Source: a virus. From it: a stretch of DNA of 64,000 bases. The notes beneath the pieces are model-generated. The model saw only the letters and a program-made list of their open reading frames with translations. It had not been told where the DNA came from and ran no database searches. The stretch is taken from IMG/VR virus record IMGVR_UViG_3300027734_000039. One strand, given 5' to 3'. A program made the position numbers and the translations under genes. Numbering within the stretch: the first letter of the stretch is position 1; each line of letters opens with the position of its first letter. Below, one piece after another: positions 8,885 through 15,447 of this stretch.

Positions 8885-9996
8885 CAGTTACCCTGCTTTA
8901 TATTGATAGTTGTTGTTCCTCTACTATTTACAATTTGAGAAATAGTAATGTTTTCTTGGGTAATGTTTACGGTTAAACTGTTATTAGTAGATACCGTTAC
9001 TTCTGCATATGCACCACTTACTTCGCGATATAATGTAACATAGTCATTTTCAACGAAATACTTCAATCCAGTTGCAGCATTATACTTAGGCAATAGAGCA
9101 TTATATTCAGTTAATTCGTTACCTAGTAATTGAGAAGATGCTATATCCAAAAGGTTCATAAGGTAATCTGAATCGAGATAATTTCTATCTAACTTATTAT
9201 ACTCTGATAGGTAATTTTTACTTAACTCGGTATATATTAATAGGTCTTTTCCAAGTAGATCTTCATCAAGAAAATTGTAAGCTTTAGTTACTATATTTTC
9301 TTGAACTGCCACCTGTTTCGGTGGGGTAACAATAATTAGGTTATTGATTTGATCTAAATTGAGATTAAGGATAGCTGACTTCGGTGTAGTCATTCTACTA
9401 CCAACTGCAACTGATTCGAATGGCTTTGTTAACCAAACCGTACCCATATCAGTCGTTACGGATATAGATCCTGTGATACAATCGCGTTCAACATTTCTCC
9501 ACCCAACAGGGCAAGAAGGTAAAAGAATAACAGTACTGCGACCGATCTCGTCAACAGTTCCAGAAAAGTCAGTTCCTCTGACACCGATTGTAGCTGTGGG
9601 CGTCTCAACAACAACCTGTTGCGGATCAGATTTAGCGATTTGACCTGATGCATATTTAATAGTTCCCAAAGCCATCTTGATTCCAAGCTTACCAGTTTTC
9701 TTAGAATCATCGTAAACAAAGTTATCAATTACAAGTTTAGAATGCTCGGTTATTTGAACCTTAGTATCATCCTGAAATGTAATGCCAGCTTTACCATTAG
9801 CAGTTGTGATTGTATCTCTCATCTCAATGCCACTTTGAATGGCGCTTGAAATCACAGCTGTATTACGTTTAATTTCAGTTGGACCTGTTTGCTCTGTTAC
9901 TTTACCAACGTCAGCTTTAGTTGTGGTTGGATCTAATAGTAAGAGTGTTGCCAGAACCAGTGATTGTAGAAATGACCTTTGAATCAACGCCGCCAC
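8884..9996 (-). CDS. FecR-domain protein
   Basis: Signal peptide; DTITT, ITFQDDT...ITEHSKLVID, TPTATIGVRGTDF. Confidence 0.85.
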   Translation of the reverse strand: MAALIQRSFLQSLVLATLLLLDPTTTKADVGKVTEQTGPTEIKRNTAVISSAIQSGIEMRDTITTANGKAGITFQDDTKVQITEHSKLVIDNFVYDDSKKTGKLGIKMALGTIKYASGQIAKSDPQQVVVETPTATIGVRGTDFSGTVDEIGRSTVILLPSCPVGWRNVERDCITGSISVTTDMGTVWLTKPFESVAVGSRMTTPKSAILNLNLDQINNLIIVTPPKQVAVQENIVTKAYNFLDEDLLGKDLLIYTELSKNYLSEYNKLDRNYLDSDYLMNLLDIASSQLLGNELTEYNALLPKYNAATGLKYFVENDYVTLYREVSGAYAEVTVSTNNSLTVNITQENITISQIVNSRGTTTINIKQGN

Positions 9997-10600
9997 CTTG
10001 CTTAATATCTACCGTATTAGTAGCGCCCAGGATATTCACGTCTGCTTCATGTCCATTTATACCTGCTACACCAGTTTGTTTAATTGCTACTTCATTACCG
10101 CCGCCGCCATCGATAAGCACAGTGCTTTTTGCACCAGCAACTGATGATGAATCGTTCTGAATGTTTACTGTGTTATTATCTGTATTGATTGTAACTGTTG
10201 AAAGTGTAAAACCTTCGGCATTTTGAGTAACAGTATTGTTATCGCCTGTAATTGTATTAACTAGAGACGAACCTGAACAAGATCCGCCAGAACCACAGGA
10301 AATACCTACTGCGTTGTTATCGCCAGTTACCAAAGAGTTTATAGTAACGCCATCACCAAAAACAACTACGTTGGCAACGTTAGTGTTACCTATTTGGTCG
10401 ATTGTTACGATATTGTTTTGTCCGTTAAAAGTCGCTTTATTCGTTGCATTACCAATAGAATTAGTGTTACCAGTTTGGGTCATACTGATCGTAGAACCAT
10501 CGCCTATCTGATCAACGTATACACTATTTCCTGCTGCGTTTGCATAATTTACCATAACCAAGAATGACAATAACGCCATCATTCTTGTTAATAGTTGCAT
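9917..10600 (-). CDS. Curlin-repeat (CsgA/CsgB-like) secreted protein
   Basis: Signal peptide followed by repeated N-x-V-x-I-x-Q-x-G-x-x-N units. Confidence 0.8.
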   Translation of the reverse strand: MQLLTRMMALLSFLVMVNYANAAGNSVYVDQIGDGSTISMTQTGNTNSIGNATNKATFNGQNNIVTIDQIGNTNVANVVVFGDGVTINSLVTGDNNAVGISCGSGGSCSGSSLVNTITGDNNTVTQNAEGFTLSTVTINTDNNTVNIQNDSSSVAGAKSTVLIDGGGGNEVAIKQTGVAGINGHEADVNILGATNTVDIKQGGGVDSKVISTITGSGNTLTIRSNHN

Positions 10601-11425
10601 TTATTTTCCCTTCTTAAAGCTCCATAAGTTTTTCTTAGCGCCTTCTTTAATCATCTCTGTAACTGCCGCCTCAATCGCGATTCTAACGGCATACGTTGTC
10701 GGTTCGTTGACAGAAGAACCAGCTTCGAACTCTACTGATTTAGTTCCAGCATCAACAAACTTAAATACGTTAGCATTAACACCTGTACTGAATACGGTTT
10801 TAGTAACGCCAGTAGATAAAAGTATCTCACCTGTATTTATAGAAATTAACCTTAACATTATAGTAACTTCGTCTTTTCTATACTCCTGAGTAGCTCCTAC
10901 GCCAAGGAATCTAGCACCGATACCGCCAGTACCGATGTTAGAGTCATACCCGACGATACCACCATCAATCATAATACCAGCAACGATGAGAGGCGTCAAA
11001 GGCTTTGCCTGATCCTTCTCATAAAGCTCTCTCTGTGAACGAATAAGCTGTCTTTCTTTTACAAGGTTTTCAAGAGCAACACGTTCAACGGGCATAAACC
11101 ATTGACCCTTGCCAGCATCCTGTAAAGCTTTAATTAAAAGAACTTCGCCGCCCTGCGTTACTGCAGAACTGAACGAAGCATAGTTTTGCGATGGTTTTCT
11201 TTGGCCAGTTAAGTCAGCAAACTTATAAACAGCAATAGGAACCTTTGGCCCATCTACAGGAGCAAGGTTCGCTAATTCATTAAATCTCTTAGAAGTTTTA
11301 ATTACTTCTGGGGAATCAACTTGCGGCTCTACATGCCTTGCGCTTGTTATTTCTTTACCTGTGCAACTTGCAACAAGTAAGCCAGCAAATATAGCAATCC
11401 ATAATTTTTTTATCGTTTTTACCAT
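10601..11425 (-). CDS. csgG: Curli secretion pore lipoprotein CsgG/HfaB family
   Basis: Lipobox LLVASC; IAVYKFADLTGQRKP, SSAVTQG, VERVALENLVKERQLIRS, GGIVGYDSN. Confidence 0.92.
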   Translation of the reverse strand: MVKTIKKLWIAIFAGLLVASCTGKEITSARHVEPQVDSPEVIKTSKRFNELANLAPVDGPKVPIAVYKFADLTGQRKPSQNYASFSSAVTQGGEVLLIKALQDAGKGQWFMPVERVALENLVKERQLIRSQRELYEKDQAKPLTPLIVAGIMIDGGIVGYDSNIGTGGIGARFLGVGATQEYRKDEVTIMLRLISINTGEILLSTGVTKTVFSTGVNANVFKFVDAGTKSVEFEAGSSVNEPTTYAVRIAIEAAVTEMIKEGAKKNLWSFKKGK

Positions 11426-11856
11426 GCTAAACTCCCATACGGAACTACCACTTCAGTAACGCTACCAGCAGCATCTGTTATTCTTAATGTTATATTAGAA
11501 CCATCAGATGACCAAGCAACGTTATTAGATGCAATATCAAAAGACCCAGAAGTTTTGCCGTCGTCGCTAAAAAGCTGTTCGGCTATCTTCTGGGATAAGG
11601 TCGCATAGACGCGACTTTCTAAATTGTTTAGAAACTTGGCTAGGTTTGTATTTTTAGCATCCGAAGCTGCTTTAGCTGCCTCGGCTTTTTTATCATCTAA
11701 TAACTTTTGTTTTCTTGTTTGTTCTAAATTTTCTATCGTAAGAACATGAGAAGAAAACCCTACGCCGTTAAAAGCAGGACTTCTAAACTGAAATTGAATT
11801 TCATTAGCATATGAAACAGAAGAAAATAAACAAAATAATGCGACTAACTTTTTCAT
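11419..11856 (-). CDS. csgF: Curli assembly protein CsgF family
   Basis: Signal peptide then EIQFQFRSPAFNG; FLNNLESRVYATLS; adjacent to csgG. Confidence 0.88.
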   Translation of the reverse strand: MKKLVALFCLFSSVSYANEIQFQFRSPAFNGVGFSSHVLTIENLEQTRKQKLLDDKKAEAAKAASDAKNTNLAKFLNNLESRVYATLSQKIAEQLFSDDGKTSGSFDIASNNVAWSSDGSNITLRITDAAGSVTEVVVPYGSLAW

Positions 11857-11878
11857 TACTTATTTTTCCCTATCTAAA

Positions 11879-11952
11879 TGGCACCAGTGGAAGGAGTCGA
11901 ACCCTCGCCTAGATTTTTGGAGAATCCCGTGCTACCGTAACACTTCACTGAT
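11879..11952 (-). tRNA. tRNA-Trp(CCA)
   Basis: Cloverleaf, loop CTCCAAA, encoded CCA. Confidence 0.85.
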
Positions 11953-11968
11953 ATATAACTATTTAGGG

Positions 11969-12058
11969 TGGTGGAGAGTGTGAGATTCGAACTCACGGAA
12001 CCTGTTAGGGTTCGAGCATTTAGCAAACGCTTGCCTTAAGCCTCTCGGCCAACTCTCC
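11969..12058 (-). tRNA. tRNA-Ser(GCT)
   Basis: Loop TTGCTAA, long variable arm, CCA. Confidence 0.9.
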
Positions 12059-12062
12059 GTAA

Positions 12063-12147
12063 TGGTGGAAGAGGATGGATTCGAACCAACTCACCGTACA
12101 GAATCGATTTACAGTCGACCGCGACTCTCCAACTTCGCCGCTCTTCC
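12063..12147 (-). tRNA. tRNA-Tyr(GTA)
   Basis: Loop CTGTAAA, CCA. Confidence 0.9.
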
Positions 12148-12153
12148 AATTCT

Positions 12154-12227
12154 TGGTACCATCTACTGGTTACGATCCAGTGCTAAGAGTGCCACAAACT
12201 CTTGTGCTACCATTACACTAAGATGGC
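12154..12227 (-). tRNA. tRNA-His(GTG), no G-1, A73
   Basis: Loop TTGTGGC; G1.U72 pair, A73, T at -1. Confidence 0.88.
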
Positions 12228-12228
12228 A

Positions 12229-12304
12229 TGGTGCTGCCTGAGAGGTTCGAACTCCCGACATCTCGATTACTAATCGAGTGCTCTACCAACTGAGCTAAGG
12301 CAGC
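12229..12304 (-). tRNA. tRNA-Thr(AGT)
   Basis: Stem CTCGA/TCGAG, loop TTAGTAA, canonical D and T arms, CCA. Confidence 0.88.
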
Positions 12305-12309
12305 ATATT

Positions 12310-12386
12310 TGGTGCGCTTGGAGGGAGTCGAACCCCCAAAACTTGGTTTCTAAGACCAATACGTATACCAATTCCGTCACAAGCGC
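12310..12386 (-). tRNA. tRNA-Leu(TAG), short variable loop
   Basis: Loop CTTAGAA, CCA. Confidence 0.85.
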
Positions 12387-12392
12387 ATTTAT

Positions 12393-12467
12393 TGGAGCGG
12401 ACGATGAGATTCGAACTCACGACAACTTGCTTGGCAAGCAAGGACTCTACCACTGAGCTACATCCGC
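12393..12467 (-). tRNA. tRNA-Gly(GCC)
   Basis: Loop TTGCCAA, CCA. Confidence 0.9.
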
Positions 12468-12472
12468 ATTAA

Positions 12473-12547
12473 TGGAGTTGCCTCCCAGAATCGAACTGGG
12501 TTCTCAAGGATTTGCAGTCCCGTATATTACCATCCTACTCAGGCAAC
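12473..12547 (-). tRNA. tRNA-Cys(GCA)
   Basis: Loop CTGCAAA, U73, CCA. Confidence 0.85.
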
Positions 12548-12550
12548 AAT

Positions 12551-12624
12551 TGGCGATCCTGAAGGGACTCAAACCCTCCTTTTCCCGTAGACAGCGGGAA
12601 GCCTTCTCTGACGGCAACAGGATC
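12551..12624 (-). tRNA. tRNA-Asp(GTC)
   Basis: Loop CTGTCTA, G73, CCA; T-loop TTTGAGT. Confidence 0.8.
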
Positions 12625-12626
12625 AG

Positions 12627-12704
12627 AACTCGTGATAGGACTTGAACCTATATGCTCCCGAATACTGCCGTAGACAAGAGAACTTACGCTTAGTTGACAC
12701 GAGT
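12627..12704 (-). ncRNA. tRNA-like element lacking a canonical anticodon loop and CCA
   Basis: Acceptor ACTCGTG/CACGAGT, D-like AACT/AGTT, T arm ATAGG-TTCAAGT-CCTAT; anticodon arm extended. Confidence 0.6.
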
Positions 12705-12710
12705 ATAAAC

Positions 12711-12786
12711 TGGTGCTGTTGGAGAGAATCGAACTCCCGACCTGATGATTACAAATCAACTGTTCTACCAATTGAACTACAACAGC
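12711..12786 (-). tRNA. tRNA-Thr(TGT)
   Basis: Loop TTTGTAA, CCA. Confidence 0.9.
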
Positions 12787-12792
12787 GAATAA

Positions 12793-12880
12793 GTGGGAGC
12801 TAACCTTGGCTCCCGTCGGATCTATTTGTCGCGATCAACCGTTTGAGGGTTCCATGCATAAACGCTGTCTACCCACACCC
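12793..12880 (-). ncRNA. Structured RNA candidate between tRNA-Ala and tRNA-Thr
   Basis: Three helices: CGTTT/AAACG, GTTG-ATC/GAT-CGAC, GGGAGC/GCTCCC. Confidence 0.4.
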
Positions 12881-12884
12881 ATTT

Positions 12885-12960
12885 TGGTGGAGACATGCGG
12901 GATCGAACCGCAGACCTGAAGCTTGCAAAGCTACCGCTCTCCCAACTGAGCTATGTCCCC
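12885..12960 (-). tRNA. tRNA-Ala(TGC)
   Basis: GGGG start, G3.U70, loop TTTGCAA, CCA. Confidence 0.92.
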
Positions 12961-12962
12961 AA

Positions 12963-13045
12963 ATTCATCCGCGTCTTTTATAGTGGCTAAGTTATCGCAG
13001 CCCCACTACTGGTACGCACATCATCAGATCTAGAAACCGATGAAT
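12963..13045 (-). ncRNA. Structured RNA candidate between tRNA-Val and tRNA-Ala
   Basis: Closing ATTCATC/GATGAAT, inner TGCGT/ACGCG and TAGTGG/CCACTA helices. Confidence 0.4.
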
Positions 13046-13060
13046 AGTAATCCAGCGACT

Positions 13061-13135
<75 letters not shown>

Positions 13136-13141
13136 ATATAA

Positions 13142-13220
13142 TGGCTCCCAGTGCCGGAATCGAACCGACCTAACCATTGCTTAACAGGCAAGTCCATGCA
13201 CCATGCTCGGATTTCTGGGA
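13142..13220 (-). tRNA. tRNA-Asn(GTT)
   Basis: Loop CTGTTAA, G73, CCA. Confidence 0.85.
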
Positions 13221-13348
13221 ATAGAATTACTTTCCTCGTCTTTTACCGTTTTGCGGTTTAAATTCTGGAAGTAATTTTTTAAATCTTTGAACTAAATTTG
13301 GCTTAGATTTATCATAACCTGTTTGTTATAATTAACAGTATATAAACT

Positions 13349-13624
13349 TTAGTTACAAACTCGTTCTTGACGAATGCCGTAAGGAGTGCGGCGATCGACG
13401 ATATAGCAATGAGGACGACGAGGATAAACAGGAACATAACGTTCCTGATAAACTACTGGACGTCGCTCAACGTATACTGGACGGGGCTGAGACGCTTCAT
13501 TAGCTACAACTGCACCAGCAGCAGCACCAACAACACCAGCAGCTACAAGTTGCTGTTCGCGTGCTGTACAGCCAGCCAATCCGAGAGCAATAAGTGGAAC
13601 TAATAGAATCTTACGCATTGTCAT
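13349..13624 (-). CDS. Small lipoprotein with glycine-zipper-like segment
   Basis: Lipobox LAGC; AAGVVGAAAGAVV; Pro/Arg/Tyr-rich tail. Confidence 0.75.
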   Translation of the reverse strand: MTMRKILLVPLIALGLAGCTAREQQLVAAGVVGAAAGAVVANEASQPRPVYVERRPVVYQERYVPVYPRRPHCYIVDRRTPYGIRQERVCN

Positions 13625-13632
13625 TCCCCAAA

Positions 13633-14160
13633 TTAGAACTTATAATTTAAGCCAAGCGTGACAACGTTCTCATCGCGATCACGCTTACGGTCAGTGATAT
13701 AACGGTAACGAACATCTGCTTCAATATCGCTTGTGATGTCATAACGGACACCAGCACCAGCAACGTAGATAGGCTCGCGCTTAAGATCAGACCAACGATA
13801 ACCAACGCCAGCAAGAGCATAAGGAACAACAGGAACGAAACCAATCTTATACTGACCGATTACGTTTGTAGTTGCTGTATGTGAACGAAGCTTTGATGAT
13901 TCATTCCAAGCATAATCATAATCAGCTTCTACACGAGCAAACTCTGAAAATTCCCAACCAGCGCGAGCATTAACGCGAAGAGCGTCGTACCAAGGATTGA
14001 TATTTGTTACAGCCTTCGAACCCAAAGAACCGCCAACATAAAATTCAGCCGACTCTTGTGTAGGAGCAGGAGGTGCTGCTGGGGTCTTAGCAGGAATATC
14101 GCTAGCCGAAGCAGCGGTAGCAAAAATCAAACCAACAAATGTTACAACATACTTATTCAT
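13633..14160 (-). CDS. Small outer-membrane beta-barrel (Omp25/RopB-like porin family)
   Basis: Signal peptide then ASDIPAK-PAAPP; FYVGG, PYALAGVGY, GAGVRYDIT, YRY, ends LGLNYKF. Confidence 0.85.
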   Translation of the reverse strand: MNKYVVTFVGLIFATAASASDIPAKTPAAPPAPTQESAEFYVGGSLGSKAVTNINPWYDALRVNARAGWEFSEFARVEADYDYAWNESSKLRSHTATTNVIGQYKIGFVPVVPYALAGVGYRWSDLKREPIYVAGAGVRYDITSDIEADVRYRYITDRKRDRDENVVTLGLNYKF

Positions 14161-14190
14161 ACTTTTTACTCCATTTCAAGTTATACACCT

Positions 14191-14219
14191 ATTATATAGG
14201 TGATAGGTTTAAAAGTCAA
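14191..14219 (-). promoter_or_regulatory. Sigma70-type promoter for the omp gene
   Basis: TTGACT-17 nt-TATAAT. Confidence 0.8.
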
Positions 14220-14220
14220 G

Positions 14221-14310
14221 TGGAGGAAGCGGTGGGATTCGAACCCACGGGAGACTTTCGCCCCCGCTAGTTTTCAAGACTAGAACCTTAAACCACTCGG
14301 TCACACTTCC
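14221..14310 (-). tRNA. tRNA-Ser(TGA)
   Basis: Loop CTTGAAA, long variable arm, CCA. Confidence 0.9.
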
Positions 14311-14316
14311 ATTAAT

Positions 14317-14393
14317 TGGTCGGAGTGGCAAGACTCGAACTTGCGACCTCTGGTACCCAAAACCAGCGCACTACCAGGCTGTGCTACACTCCG
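14317..14393 (-). tRNA. tRNA-Pro(TGG)
   Basis: CGGAGTG start, loop TTTGGGT, CCA. Confidence 0.92.
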
Positions 14394-14404
14394 TTATTCT
14401 TATT

Positions 14405-14480
14405 TGGTGATCTCTGTGGGATTCGAACCCACGACAATTCGATTAAAAGTCGAATGCTCTACCAACTGAGCTAAGAGATC
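14405..14480 (-). tRNA. tRNA-Lys(TTT)
   Basis: Loop CTTTTAA, CCA. Confidence 0.92.
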
Positions 14481-14483
14481 TAA

Positions 14484-14558
14484 TGGTTGGCACAGGTGGT
14501 TACGATCCACCGACCCCTGTCTTATCAGGACAGTGCTCTACCGCTGAGCTATGCGCCA
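14484..14558 (-). tRNA. tRNA-Ile(GAT)
   Basis: Loop CTGATAA, T-loop ATCGTAA, CCA. Confidence 0.88.
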
Positions 14559-14613
14559 ATATTAAAAAAGTCCCCATCCTAGATCGCCAGTTATTCCCCT
14601 GCTAGGGCGATTC

Positions 14614-14662
14614 CACGCGACACCGAAGTGTTTCATGCCATTACAGGCAATCATCAGGCGTA
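14614..14662 (-). ncRNA. Hammerhead ribozyme (type I topology)
   Basis: UACGC-CUGAUGA-U-UGCC(UGUAAU)GGCA-U-GAAA-CAC(UUCG)GUG-UC^GCGUG. Confidence 0.85.
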
Positions 14663-14722
14663 TAAGTGCAGGGCTAGATGTCCACAAGTTCGATGGGGTG
14701 GTGGACCACACGCCTCTTATAA

Positions 14723-14861
14723 TTGTCTCTTCAAGGATGCACCAGCTATCTAACTTCTGTCACCACCGTCGATTACAGCTGATTATACGGACTGAGAAGG
14801 CTACCTCTGCGTTAAATATTCTGCAGACGCTTCGGGCTCTGATGCACCCATGAAGAGACAA
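14723..14861 (-). ncRNA. Rod-like structured RNA candidate (~140 nt)
   Basis: 22-bp closing helix with one U.U mismatch and two G.U pairs that are valid only on the minus strand. Confidence 0.6.
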
Positions 14862-14904
14862 CCGAAGTTGCCTCAACAAGTTTCTAACAATTTCAAACAA
14901 CAAT

Positions 14905-14930
14905 AAAAAAGGCGGGATTTTAGTCCCGCC
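14905..14930 (-). terminator. Rho-independent terminator
   Basis: GGCGGGA-CTAAAA-TCCCGCC-TTTTTT downstream of HTH gene. Confidence 0.8.
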
Positions 14931-14953
14931 TCTTGAATCTTATATTAAGACTC

Positions 14954-15205
14954 TTAGACGAGACCAAGCTGCATGGCTTTGTAACCTGCAGCAATATGCT
15001 TGCGTGTTGGAGTACCCATACGGTACTTAGCAACAACTGTACCCTTCGAGTTACGCTTCTCGTTGAGATAGATGCAGTAACCCTGTTCACGAAGATAATG
15101 AACTACGCGATGCGGGTTGCCAGCACCGAAACGTGCAGCAATCTGCTTTGCAGTAAGTTCTTCGCCATTCTTAAATGCTTCCAAAACGCGATTAGTCATA
15201 GTCAT
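14954..15205 (-). CDS. Small winged-helix/HTH DNA-binding protein
   Basis: GEELTAKQIAARFG...VHYLREQGYCI pattern. Confidence 0.7.
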   Translation of the reverse strand: MTMTNRVLEAFKNGEELTAKQIAARFGAGNPHRVVHYLREQGYCIYLNEKRNSKGTVVAKYRMGTPTRKHIAAGYKAMQLGLV

Positions 15206-15236
15206 TAATGTTCTCCTAGATTCACTTTATTTAGTC

Positions 15237-15265
15237 ATTATACCGTAGTTTGGATTTAAAGTCAA
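15237..15265 (-). promoter_or_regulatory. Sigma70-type promoter
   Basis: TTGACT-17 nt-TATAAT upstream of HTH gene. Confidence 0.8.
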
Positions 15266-15273
15266 CGCTTTTT

Positions 15274-15447
15274 TTAAAGAATGTCAACAATTCGTCCAAC
15301 CATATCCACAGCTCTTACTCTTTGTTCAGGAAAGCGAGAAGAGAGCAGTTTCATCTCAGAAAGGATCATCTGAGAATTGTTTAGAGTAATTTGGTATGTG
15401 CGCCAATTACCCGTAATATCTTGAAGTTGAATTTCAACTTGGTTCAT
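15274..15447 (-). CDS. 57-aa hypothetical protein (not in ORF track)
   Basis: MNQVEIQLQDITGNWRTY...VDIL; TAATG coupling to upstream ORF. Confidence 0.65.
   Translation of the reverse strand: MNQVEIQLQDITGNWRTYQITLNNSQMILSEMKLLSSRFPEQRVRAVDMVGRIVDIL

Noticed and set aside
12627-12704. tmRNA acceptor piece
   Set aside because: No GGGG start or G3.U70 alanine identity, no CCA and no tag frame found.
12535-12771. 78-aa ORF in the track
   Set aside because: It overlaps tRNA-Thr, the tRNA-like element, tRNA-Asp and tRNA-Cys; spurious.
12963-13045. Possible second hammerhead (contains CUGAUGA)
   Set aside because: No GAAA is positioned after a stem II with a matching stem III; kept only as an unknown structured RNA.
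13227-13325. Short basic open frame (QTGYDKSKPNLVQRFKKLLPEFKPQNGKRRGK)
   Set aside because: No start codon; may be a gene remnant but cannot be assigned.
14635-14853. 72-aa plus-strand ORF
   Set aside because: It is antisense to the ribozyme/ncRNA block, with no recognisable protein features.
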